Source: Vicinamibacterales bacterium (GTDB taxonomy: Bacteria; Acidobacteriota; Vicinamibacteria; Vicinamibacterales; UBA2999). From it: 64,000 nucleotides of DNA. Positions 1-8,144 of the stretch are shown here, one piece after another. A program made the translations under genes and the position numbers. The notes under the pieces were generated by a model. It was not told the DNA's origin and did not search any database. It saw only the letters and a program-made list of their open reading frames with translations. The stretch covers positions 46,373-110,372 of the forward strand of contig DASUGH010000041.1 in the NCBI GenBank assembly GCA_036274155.1. The letters run 5' to 3'. Within the stretch, counting starts at the first letter, position 1, and every line of letters begins with the position of its first letter.

Positions 1-12
1 CGGAGGGGACCC

Positions 13-396
13 TCAGATCCGCCCGTCGTCCCCGTACCACTCGACGTGACGCGACCAGCTGGCACAGTGCAGACACTTCGTCCAGTGCCAGCGGTGCGCG
101 CACCCGGGACACCGCCCGCCTGTTGTGAACGTGTTCCAGACCGTGCCGCATCCCTGGAACGATGGCATCGACGGATCGTTGCCCGTGCAGCACCACCGGC
201 TGGACGGCCTCGGCTGCCAGGCGCAGCGCGGGCAGCGGATGCGGACATACCACTCCTCGTCGAGCGGACCGTACGTGGTGGACACGTCGCGATCCTTGGA
301 CGGGTCGCGCTTCAGCAGCCACCACGTCGCGAGGTCGAACGCAAGCGGCCCCGGCTCCGGCGCCGGCTGTGACATCCTCTGGTGGGTTGTTCTCAT
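13..396 (-). CDS. Cys/Trp-rich hypothetical protein with zinc-ribbon-like CxxC pairs
   Basis: 127-aa ORF with balanced, non-artefact composition. Nine Cys are arranged CPRC...CC...C...CPGC...CLHC, with many Trp. I recognise no family. Its ATG (394..396) overlaps the proposed TTG start of the divergent rlmA-like gene. Confidence 0.45.
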   Translation of the reverse strand: MRTTHQRMSQPAPEPGPLAFDLATWWLLKRDPSKDRDVSTTYGPLDEEWYVRIRCPRCAWQPRPSSRWCCTGNDPSMPSFQGCGTVWNTFTTGGRCPGCAHRWHWTKCLHCASWSRHVEWYGDDGRI

Positions 397-1220
397 TTCC
401 TCTGACCTGCACGGTTCGCCGCTGCGGGTTGACGCTCGCGCGGCGGGATCGCGTGCTCGTCTGTCCCGCCGGGCATTCGTACGACGTGGCGCGAAGCGGC
501 TACGTCAACCTTCTCCAACCACAGGATAGACGGTCCCGGGCAGCCGGCGACGCCAAAAGCGTGGTCGAGGCCCGCGCGCGCCTGTTTGCGGCCGGCACGG
601 GGCGGGCGGTGCTCGATGCGCTCGCCAGTCGCGCGGCAACCCTCACGCTCGACGCGCACGCTGGAGTCGCCGACCTGGGATCCGGCTCTGGCGATCTGCT
701 CGGCACCCTGTCGGCGCGGCTGCCAATCGCCGGCGTGGGCGTCGATCTCTCGCAGGCTGCCGCAGAACATGCCGCCCGCCGATATCCGGCGCTGACGTGG
801 GTCGTGGCCAACGCGGATCGCCGTCTGCCGTTTCCCGACCGCAGCGCCAAACTCGTGCTGTCGCTCCACGGACGCCGGAATCCTTCAGAATGCGCGCGAG
901 TGCTGGCACCAGGTGGCTTCCTCCTGATGGCCGTGCCCGCGCCCGACGATCTCGTCGAGCTCCGGGCGCTCGTGGGCGGTCAGCCTCTCGCCCGTGAGCG
1001 CAGCCATCGTCTGGTAGACGACCACACAGGGCACTTCATGCTGGTCGAACAGATCACGGTGCGCGAACGTCAGCACCTCGATCGCGGAATGCTGCTCGAC
1101 CTGCTGCGAATCACCTACCGTGGCGAACGTCGAAGCGCTGCGCCGCGCGTCGACGCGCTCACGAGTCTCGAGGTGACGATGGCGTCGGAGGTGTTCCTGC
1201 TGGCTCCCGTCCAAACGTGA
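387..1220 (+). CDS. rlmA: 23S rRNA (guanine745-N1)-methyltransferase RlmA-like
   Basis: N-terminal Zn-finger-like segment CTVRRCGL...LVCPAGHSYDVARSGYVNLL matches the RlmA signature. A SAM-binding DLGSGSG motif follows. Length from TTG 387 is about 277 aa, typical for RlmA. The ORF-track ATG at 162 adds an Arg/Ala-rich extension that I consider spurious, and the exact start is uncertain. Confidence 0.75.
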   Translation: MFSFPLTCTVRRCGLTLARRDRVLVCPAGHSYDVARSGYVNLLQPQDRRSRAAGDAKSVVEARARLFAAGTGRAVLDALASRAATLTLDAHAGVADLGSGSGDLLGTLSARLPIAGVGVDLSQAAAEHAARRYPALTWVVANADRRLPFPDRSAKLVLSLHGRRNPSECARVLAPGGFLLMAVPAPDDLVELRALVGGQPLARERSHRLVDDHTGHFMLVEQITVRERQHLDRGMLLDLLRITYRGERRSAAPRVDALTSLEVTMASEVFLLAPVQT

Positions 1221-1245
1221 ACGTGCAGTCAGAGGGGTGCGCAGT

Positions 1246-1413
1246 CTAGCAGCCCGTGGTGAAAACCACCAACCGGGCTGTGAGGACACCGAGACAAACC
1301 ACAGGGGCACCGAGAGCACAGAGATCCATGGGGGGTTTCTCTGTGTCTCTGTGCCTCGGTGGCGAAAATCTCGGTGCCTCACAGGCCGATACGATTTCAC
1401 CACGGCCTGCTAG
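1246..1413. mobile_element. MITE-like element A, copy 1 (168 bp)
   Basis: The ends CTAGCAGCCCGTGGTGAAA (1246..1264) and TTTCACCACGGCCTGCTAG (1395..1413) are inverted repeats matching at 18 of 19 positions. Internal long imperfect hairpins are built from CACAGAGA/TCTCTGTG and CACCGAG/CTCGGTG. A second copy lies at 7974..8144. Confidence 0.65.
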
Positions 1414-1422
1414 AATTCCGCC

Positions 1423-1845
1423 ATGCGCACACCTGCCATCGTCCTCGTTCTCCTGACCAGCGCCGGGTACCTCGCGTCCCCGATCCAGGCACAGAGCCAG
1501 ACCCCGGCCAGAATCGTCTCGCCGAACGGGACCGAGATGTCCACGTACTACATCGTTCTGCTGCGACGCGGACCGAAGTGGACGTCGGCGGTGACGCCGG
1601 AGACGAGCGCCGTCTCGAAGGCTCACATGGACAACATCGAACGCTTGACCCAATCGGGACAGATGCTCGTCGCAGGGCCGTTTCTCGACCAGACCGGCGA
1701 CAGGGCACTGGCGGGGATGTTCATCCTGCGGGCCGCGTCGGCCGACGCGGCGAAGTCGCTGGCCGACAGTGACCCCGCCGTGAAAGCCGGCCGTTTCGTC
1801 TACGAAATCCTCCCATGGCTGGGCCCGGCATCGCTGCGCCAATGA
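1423..1845 (+). CDS. YciI-like (DGPF domain) protein with signal peptide
   Basis: N-terminal signal peptide MRTPAIVLVLLTSAGYLASPIQA. The body YYIVLLRRGPKW...HMDNIERL...GPF..AGMFIL...A..L...DPAVKAG is typical of the YciI-like fold. Confidence 0.75.
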   Translation: MRTPAIVLVLLTSAGYLASPIQAQSQTPARIVSPNGTEMSTYYIVLLRRGPKWTSAVTPETSAVSKAHMDNIERLTQSGQMLVAGPFLDQTGDRALAGMFILRAASADAAKSLADSDPAVKAGRFVYEILPWLGPASLRQ

Positions 1846-1862
1846 TCGGTCGTCTGTCGGTT

Positions 1863-1910
1863 CGCATTCGGCATTCCGCATCCGGCATTGAGCATTGAGT
1901 GCTATTGAGG
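1863..1910. repeat. Heptamer micro-array (GCATTCG/GCATTGA units)
   Basis: The sequence CGCATTCGGCATTCCGCATCCGGCATTGAGCATTGAGTGCTATTGAGG lies between convergent genes. A near reverse-complement relative is at 51435..51469. Confidence 0.6.
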
Positions 1911-3308
1911 CCGCCTCCCTCCAAACCCAGTCGCCTGCTCGAACGCGTACGCCATCTGCAGTACACCGAAATCGTCGGAACGTCGGCCGACGATCTGAAT
2001 GCCGACCGGCAACCCTTCTGGCGTGAATCCCGCGGGCACTGAGATCGCCGGGCAGCAGGTCACCGAAATCCAGTACGCGGATTTCATCCACTCGACGTAG
2101 TGGGTCATCGCCACGCCGTCGATGGTCCTCGGCCAGGCCCACGCCGCGTCGAACGGCGGCACCTGGTTCACCGCGCAGAAGACGAACTCATATCGCTCCT
2201 GAAAGCGGCTGAAACGATCGAGCAGCTCACCGTGGCGGGCCATTGCACGAGCGACGTCGGCGCTCGTGAGCGTCTGCCCCGATTCAACCTCCTTGATCGC
2301 TTCGGGCTTCATCAGGTGACGACACTGAGCGAGCAGCGATCCGTACGTTGCCGCGCTGCGATACGCCCGCAGCGTCAGGAAGATCGAATCGGCATCGTCA
2401 AGGTCTGGAGCGGCGTCCTCCACAACGCACCCAAGAGCCTCCAGTGTTGCGCGCTGCGCCTCGAGCGCCGATCGCACACGGCGATCGAGCGGCAGTCCGC
2501 CGAGATCCGGACACCACGCGACCCGCACGCCGTTGACGCTCCGCTCCAGCGGCCGGCGGAAATGGAACGAATCCATCGGCGCACCATCAGGGTTGGACGG
2601 ACCTGGACCAGCCATGACGCTCATCAGGAACGCAACGTCGGCAACCGTCCTCGCCATCGGCCCGTTGACCGACAGGTTCGATACGGGGATGTCATCGGGA
2701 TCGGTCGGCACGAGGCCGACTGACGGACGCATGCCCACCACGTTGTTGAAGTTCGCCGGGTTTCGCAACGACCCGCCGAGGTCGCTCCCGTCGGCAATCG
2801 GCAGCATGCCGGCAGCCAGAGCCGCGCCGGCGCCGCCGCTCGACCCGCCCGCACTCTTGCTGCGGTCATACGGATTCAGCGTCGTCCCATACACGCTGTT
2901 GTAGGTGTGGGATCCGAAGCCGAACTCCGGGACGTTCGTCTTGCCGATTGGAACCGCGCCGGCCCGCCGAAGCCGGTCGACGAGCACCGAATCCTCGCCG
3001 GGCATCTCATGCTGGTAGATCAGCGAGCCGCGGGTGAACGGAAACCCTGTTGCTGCCTGGAGATCCTTGAACGCGATCGGCAACCCATGAAGCGGCGGCA
3101 GCGGCTCCCGTCGCGCTGCACGCTCGTCGGCAGCAGCCGCCAGCGCGAGGCACCGCTCGTCGTCCAGTTTCGCGACGATGGCGTTGAGCGCCGGATTGAC
3201 GAGGCTGATTCGATCGAGGTGAGCCTGCATCAGCTCGCGGGCCGACAGCCTGCGCGCCTGAATGAGCCGAACGAGCTCGGTTGCACTCATGAAGCAGAGG
3301 TCGCTCAT
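1902..3308 (-). CDS. Amidase-signature family amidase
   Basis: Contains GLPIAFKD, GKTN.PEFG and the GGSSGGAGAALAAG signature with a downstream DLGGSLR motif. Start set at MSDLCF (ATG 3308); the 46-codon upstream extension in the ORF track looks non-coding. Confidence 0.9.
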   Translation of the reverse strand: MSDLCFMSATELVRLIQARRLSARELMQAHLDRISLVNPALNAIVAKLDDERCLALAAAADERAARREPLPPLHGLPIAFKDLQAATGFPFTRGSLIYQHEMPGEDSVLVDRLRRAGAVPIGKTNVPEFGFGSHTYNSVYGTTLNPYDRSKSAGGSSGGAGAALAAGMLPIADGSDLGGSLRNPANFNNVVGMRPSVGLVPTDPDDIPVSNLSVNGPMARTVADVAFLMSVMAGPGPSNPDGAPMDSFHFRRPLERSVNGVRVAWCPDLGGLPLDRRVRSALEAQRATLEALGCVVEDAAPDLDDADSIFLTLRAYRSAATYGSLLAQCRHLMKPEAIKEVESGQTLTSADVARAMARHGELLDRFSRFQERYEFVFCAVNQVPPFDAAWAWPRTIDGVAMTHYVEWMKSAYWISVTCCPAISVPAGFTPEGLPVGIQIVGRRSDDFGVLQMAYAFEQATGFGGRRPQ

Positions 3309-3354
3309 CGAGGAGGTTCCTTCGCAACGCGGATCTTCAAATCCGCGTGACCGC

Positions 3355-3384
3355 GGATCCCGAATCCCGAATTCCGAGTCCCGG
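3355..3384. repeat. Short octamer array (CCCGAATC units), reverse-complement relative of the 49.5-kb array
   Basis: GGATCCCGAATCCCGAATTCCGAGTCCCGG sits in the divergent promoter region and is preceded by a perfect 7-bp hairpin CGCGGAT-CTTCAA-ATCCGCG (3328..3347). Confidence 0.5.
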
Positions 3385-3406
3385 TCCAGTGCTACATTAC
3401 CCGACC

Positions 3407-4231
3407 GTGCGCACGCGATCGCTGCTGCTGACGCTGGTCGCCGCATCGTGGATCGGCTCGCCTCCCCTGGCTCCGTCGCTCGCCGGACAGCGCGGAAACG
3501 CCGTGGCGCGTCCTGCGCCGCGCTGGCCCGACGGCCGGGTCAACCTCGGCGCGGCGGCAGGTGAAACTGGCCTCTGGGAACGTCGAAACGAGCATCTGGT
3601 CGTCAACCCGAAGTCCTATCAGGCCAGCGCCACGACCAGCGCGAGGATTCACATCGACCAGGTCCCGCTGCAGCCGTGGGCACGCGCGCTCACCGATTAC
3701 CGCCACAGCCTGTCGCTGGCGAGCGAACCTTACACGCGCTGCAAACCGTCCGGAGGACCGCGGCAGCTCATGTCGCCGTACGGGCTCGAGATCCTGGATG
3801 TCCCGGAGTTGCAGCGCATCTACATCCTGAACGTCGCCAACGCACAAAGCTACCGGGTCATCTTCATGGACGGACGAGCTCACCCGACGACCCTGAACCC
3901 GAGCTCCCTGGGACATTCGGTGGGCCGCTGGGAGAAGGACACGCTGGTCGTCGACTCGGTGGGGTTCACCGAGGACTTCTGGATGAACCGCGACGGGCTG
4001 CCGCACACTTCGCTGTTGCACCTTGTCGAGCGTTTGACCCGTGTCGATTACGAGACGCTCGACTACGAGGTCACGATCGAGGATCCCGGTGCGTACACCG
4101 CGCGCTGGACGAGCGGTTACACCCTCGGATGGTCGAGAGGGCGTGAGCTGTTCGAGTACGTCTGTCAGGAAAACAACCTCTCTCCGGAGTCGATGGTCGG
4201 CGCCGGCCTCACCAGCGCGATCACGCCGTAG
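3407..4231 (+). CDS. Secreted conserved hypothetical protein (paralog of 12229..13286)
   Basis: GTG start followed by signal-like RTRSLLLTLVAASWIG. Shares the motifs GxSxGxWExDTLVV.S.GF, LVERLTRVD...DYEV...DP..YT..WT and E.FEYVC.ENN with the 12.2-13.3 kb locus. I recognise no family name. Confidence 0.7.
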   Translation: MRTRSLLLTLVAASWIGSPPLAPSLAGQRGNAVARPAPRWPDGRVNLGAAAGETGLWERRNEHLVVNPKSYQASATTSARIHIDQVPLQPWARALTDYRHSLSLASEPYTRCKPSGGPRQLMSPYGLEILDVPELQRIYILNVANAQSYRVIFMDGRAHPTTLNPSSLGHSVGRWEKDTLVVDSVGFTEDFWMNRDGLPHTSLLHLVERLTRVDYETLDYEVTIEDPGAYTARWTSGYTLGWSRGRELFEYVCQENNLSPESMVGAGLTSAITP

Positions 4232-4450
4232 TGGGCACCGGCGAGCCTGAGCTCCCGCGCTCGCGACATGTCGTGGCCCGGACGATTCGTCCTCCGTCAG
4301 GCTGGAGCCGGTCCGGCTTCGGGACAGCTGTCGACTCGCGACTGGATCGCCGGATCCCGTTCCAACCCTTTTCCAGACTTCGTTTACAAAGCGCCCTTCC
4401 CGCCGGTACACCGATTGCTCCTGCTCCGGAATCAACCGAAAGGAATCTCC

Positions 4451-5014
4451 ATGCTGAAAACGTTCGCATGCGCGGCGCTCTTCGCGGTCGCACTCGCGCA
4501 AAGCCAGGTCCAGGCTCAGGGTCAGGCCGCCGACAAGACGGTCACCAAACAGAACACCGTGACGGCGACCGCCACGGTTCGGGCGATCGATCAGAAGACT
4601 CGTTCGATCACGCTCCGCAACGAGAACGGCGACGAAGACACCTTCACCGTCGGTCCCGAGGTCAAGCGCTTCAACGAGCTCAAGGTCGGCGACCGGATCA
4701 GGGCCACCTACTACGAGTCGCTCGTGTTCCAGCTGCGGAAGCCAGGCAATGCCAGCACTCCAACGGGAACCACGCTCGCCGGTGGGCGGCTCAAGGAAGT
4801 GCCGGGAGGCGCTGTCGGGGCGCAGCAGACGATGACCGTGACCGTGAAGGCGGTCGACATGAACGCGCCGTCGATCACCGTGGTCACGCCCGACAACCGG
4901 ACACTGACGCGAAGAGTCGAGGACAAGAAGAACCTCGAGGGGGTCAGTCCGGGTGACAAGATCGACATCACGTACACGCAGGCACTGATGGTCAACGCCG
5001 AGCCGGCGAAGTAG
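4451..5014 (+). CDS. Secreted hypothetical protein with an internal duplication
   Basis: AAGGA SD-like sequence upstream of ATG 4451 and signal peptide MLKTFACAALFAVALAQSQVQA. Two similar halves are present (TATVRAIDQKTRSITLRNENG... and TVTVKAVDMNAPSITVVTPDN...). Confidence 0.7.
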   Translation: MLKTFACAALFAVALAQSQVQAQGQAADKTVTKQNTVTATATVRAIDQKTRSITLRNENGDEDTFTVGPEVKRFNELKVGDRIRATYYESLVFQLRKPGNASTPTGTTLAGGRLKEVPGGAVGAQQTMTVTVKAVDMNAPSITVVTPDNRTLTRRVEDKKNLEGVSPGDKIDITYTQALMVNAEPAK

Positions 5015-5044
5015 GAACGACACCGAAGTTCGGGTGAGGTACGA

Positions 5045-5132
5045 CCACGAAGGCCTGCCGGCACGCACGAAGCGCACGAAGACCTGCGAGTTCTTCGTGA
5101 TCGTCGTGTCCGGCGCGGAGCGCCCTTCGTGG
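5045..5132. repeat. Nested-hairpin intergenic element, architecturally related to element A
   Basis: The outer arms CCACGAAGG (5045..5053) and CCTTCGTGG (5124..5132) pair. The inner arms CACGAAGA (5075..5082) and TCTTCGTG (5092..5099) pair. It has the same CAC-NNNG layout as the CACAGAG/CACCGAG arms of element A and lies between convergent genes. Confidence 0.45.
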
Positions 5133-5157
5133 TTGATCCCGTGAAGCGAGTTCGCGG

Positions 5158-5619
5158 TCAGAGTCCGAACTGACGGAGGTGGTGATCGACGTGGCCGTAT
5201 CCCCAGAGCAGCCACTCCTTCCGCGTCATCGCACCGAAAATGGGGTGACGGACACAGCGCGTGTCCGGCAGGGCAAACCGCTGGATGAAATCCACCACCT
5301 TCGTCCGATCTCGCTCGAACTCCGCCGGCGGCGTGCCGGCGCGCTTCGGGTCGACCTCGGGCCGCGTCGGCACCCCGCGCGGCCACGGCAGCGGCGTGTG
5401 GAGCGCAATCCACTTCACGAGGCTGCGCGTCAGCCAGGTGTCCGCCGATGTTGCGGGGCGCTCACCGAGCATCACCAGGAACGAATCCGCGAGGTGGCAG
5501 AGCATCTCGTGCGACGACATCGTGCCCCAGCGCCGGGCCGTGGTCGGCTGGAGCCGACCGACGCGCCGAATCAATTCATCGACGCTCCCGGGCGCATCGA
5601 GCGATCGGTAAGGATGCAT
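5158..5619 (-). CDS. DinB-superfamily protein (DUF1569-like)
   Basis: Contains MLCHLADSF, WPRG.PT.PE, the segment HPIFG.MT..EW..W.. and a terminal HVDHHLRQFGL, typical of DUF1569. Start set at MHPYRS (5619). Confidence 0.7.
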   Translation of the reverse strand: MHPYRSLDAPGSVDELIRRVGRLQPTTARRWGTMSSHEMLCHLADSFLVMLGERPATSADTWLTRSLVKWIALHTPLPWPRGVPTRPEVDPKRAGTPPAEFERDRTKVVDFIQRFALPDTRCVRHPIFGAMTRKEWLLWGYGHVDHHLRQFGL

Positions 5620-5726
5620 GCGAGAGCCCGTCAGCCCTTTGCGAGGCAGGCGGGTAAGGGTGCGCTCAGTATAGTGCCGCGCCGCTCGTCGCGATCGGCG
5701 CGCCGCGGTGCTATTCTCCAAGCGGC

Positions 5727-6558
5727 ATGAAAGTCCGCCGGGGCGCGGAAGTCTTCTCCGCGCGAGCGGTGACGCTCGCTGCCCTCTGCGTGTGCCTCGG
5801 TGTGGCTGTTCGCGCGTGGCCCGCCGCGGCCCAGGCCGACAACCGGCAGGAGCGCGTGAAGGCGTCGGTCGCCCGTGTCTTCGACACGAGCATGCTGCAC
5901 CGCATCGACATCGTCATCGCGCCAGACGCGGCGCGAACCATTCTGAACCGGACGCCCGACCGGGTGCGTTGCACGTTCACCTTCGACGGGATCGCGCTGA
6001 AGGATGTCGGCGTACGCCAGGCGGGCGGAACGTTCAATCGCTTCGTGTCGATTGACGAGAAGCCGACGCTCAGCCTGAAGTTCGACGACTTCGTGGACGG
6101 TCAGGAACTGCACGGGCTCGAGAAGGTCGTTCTGAAGGACGGCCGGCAGGACACAGGTCTCGTGTCGGAGCACCTGACGCAACCTCTATGCGCACCCGCG
6201 GGACGGCCGCCTGATCATGATTCCTCACGGCGCCGATTCGTCGTTCTGGGCCATCGCGCAGATCACGAAGCTGCGGAGTCCCTTCCAGACGCCGCGGGCG
6301 GCGCTGGCGCGGCGCGTCCAGGCGATCCCGGAGCTGGCGCAGAAGTTCGCGGCCGAAGTGGCGCGTGTCGGACGCGAGCCGGTGTGGGACAAGAAAGCGC
6401 TGCACGATCGTCTCGCGGAGGTCGCCCGGATTCTTGCCTCGGCGCCGGCGACCGGCCGGGCGGCAGCCGACGTGAAGAAGTTCACCGACTACCGCCCCGT
6501 CATCGAAGCGTTCATCGACGCGGGCGGCACGACCAACGGCACCGCCGGGCTGCCCTGA
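5727..6558 (+). pseudogene. CotH-family gene remnant with internal deletion and frame change
   Basis: The N-terminal roughly 150 aa (signal peptide, IDIVIAPDAARTIL...FTFDG...KPTLSLKFDDF...LVSEHLT) reads as a CotH N-terminus. At about 6175..6181 the frame changes. It continues as NLYAHPRDGRLIMIPHGADSSFW..., which resembles the CotH C-terminal Y.Y.d...gr...IPwD.D.sF block. The central catalytic portion is missing. Confidence 0.6.
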
Positions 6559-6723
6559 ACCGGAGTGCAGCGCGTTTTTACCCCTTCGCGGATCGCGCCG
6601 CCTCGAGGGCTTGTCGCCCTTCCACACTCGAGTGAACTCCGTATGGGGCCGGCGAGCCTCCCAGCCCCGGGACGCACGAATTCCCCGCGCCGATGTGCTC
6701 CGGCCGTGTACACTCTCGCGTCT

Positions 6724-7977
6724 ATGAGACGGATGCAGACTTCAGCCGCCATCGCGATCGTCGTCGCACTGGTCACCGCGCCCGCTGCGCAGGGTCCGGC
6801 AAAGACACTTCGGATCTCGGACGCCGGCAAGAACGCCCTCGTGCAGCAGATGAACGAGGCTGTGAAGCGAGGCGACACACCGGGCGTGGTCGAGCTCGTC
6901 GTCGATCGGCAGGGCGTCCTGTTCGAAGCCGCCGCCGGCAGGCAGGACATCGCCGGAAACACTCCGATGCCGGCGAACGCGATCTTCAACATCGCGTCGA
7001 TGACCAAACCGGTGACGTCGGTTGCCATCATGATGCTGATGGAGCAGGGCACGCTGAAGCTCGACGATCCGGTGTCGGCATATCTCGACGGCTACGACAA
7101 GCTGCAGGTCATCGCGAAGTTCGACGAGAAGGACGGCAGCTATGAAACGCGGCCGGCGAAGCGGCCGATGACCATCCGGCATCTGTTGTCGCACACGTCG
7201 GGCATCGGATATACGACGTGGAGCGCCGTCGCGCTCCGCATTCAGGAGAAGACGCAGAAGAGCGAGTGGGAACAGCCGCTGCTCAACGATCCGGGAGACG
7301 TGTGGCACTACAGCGCGAGCACCCGCGTTCTCGGGTTCATCGTCGAGAAGTTGACGAAATCGACGCTCGAAGACTGGTATCAACAGCACCTCTTCAAGCC
7401 GCTCGGGATGGTCGACACCTCGTATGCTGTGGCGGCCTCGAAGCAGCCGCGGCTCGTGACGCAGTATCGGCGCGGCGAGGGCGGAAAGCTGGAAGAGCTG
7501 CCGAAAACGCCAGTCGCATCGACGCCAGCGCCGCCGTTTCGCGGCGACGGCGGTCTCTATTCCACCGTTCAGGACTACAGCCGGTTCGTCCGCATGCTGC
7601 TGAACGGCGGAACGCTCGGCTCGGTGCGGATTCTGAGCGAGGCGTCGGTGAAGATGATGGGCGAGAACCAGATCGGATCGATTTTCGTCGAACAGCAGCC
7701 GGCGGTCGTTCCCGCCAGGACCCGTCCGATGCCGCTTGGCGCCGGTAAGGACAAATTCGGTCTCGGCTTCCAGATCGCGTCGAAGGACCCGGCGAATTCG
7801 AAGTTCCGCAGCCCCGGCAGCATGAGCTGGGCCGGGTTGTACAACACCGAGTTCTGGATCGACCCCGTGAAGCACATCGGGGCCATTCAGATGATGCAGC
7901 TGCTGCCGTTCTACGACGACGGGGCCATCCGCACGCTGCGCGGCTTCGAGGAAGCGGTGTATCGAGAGCTGAAGTAG
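6724..7977 (+). CDS. Serine hydrolase, class C beta-lactamase/PBP-like family
   Basis: Signal peptide, then the SxxK motif in FNIASMTKPVTSVAIMML. Typical LLSHTSG and YS segments follow. About 417 aa. Confidence 0.85.
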   Translation: MRRMQTSAAIAIVVALVTAPAAQGPAKTLRISDAGKNALVQQMNEAVKRGDTPGVVELVVDRQGVLFEAAAGRQDIAGNTPMPANAIFNIASMTKPVTSVAIMMLMEQGTLKLDDPVSAYLDGYDKLQVIAKFDEKDGSYETRPAKRPMTIRHLLSHTSGIGYTTWSAVALRIQEKTQKSEWEQPLLNDPGDVWHYSASTRVLGFIVEKLTKSTLEDWYQQHLFKPLGMVDTSYAVAASKQPRLVTQYRRGEGGKLEELPKTPVASTPAPPFRGDGGLYSTVQDYSRFVRMLLNGGTLGSVRILSEASVKMMGENQIGSIFVEQQPAVVPARTRPMPLGAGKDKFGLGFQIASKDPANSKFRSPGSMSWAGLYNTEFWIDPVKHIGAIQMMQLLPFYDDGAIRTLRGFEEAVYRELK

Positions 7978-8144
7978 CGACAGCCCCAGGTGAAGACGAC
8001 TCGACGGGCTGTGAGGGCACTGAGAAAAACCACAGAGGCACCGAGACCACAGAGATTTCTATAGTCTTCTCTGTGCCCTCTGTGCCTCAGTGGCGGGATT
8101 CTCTGTGCCTCGCAGGCCGATCGGATTTCACCACGGCCTGCTAG
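7974..8144. mobile_element. MITE-like element A, copy 2
   Basis: Aligns along its whole length with 1246..1413. The right end TTTCACCACGGCCTGCTAG is identical, and the left end is more diverged. The TAG stop of the upstream hydrolase gene (7975..7977) lies inside the element terminus. Confidence 0.6.

Noticed and set aside
162-386. Upstream ATG extension of the rlmA-like ORF, which gives 352 aa in the track.
   Set aside because: The extra 75 residues are Arg/Ala/Trp-rich and have no RlmA homology. They also lie antisense to the Cys-rich ORF 13..396. RlmA-like similarity begins at the Zn-finger segment just after TTG 387.
3392-5413. 673-aa ORF on the minus strand, one of the longest ORFs in the track.
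   Set aside because: Its composition is dominated by Arg/Ala/Gly/Pro/Asp and it has no recognisable motif. It lies antisense to three well-supported plus-strand genes (3407..4231, 4451..5014) and overlaps 5158..5619 out of frame. This is the typical high-GC antisense artefact.
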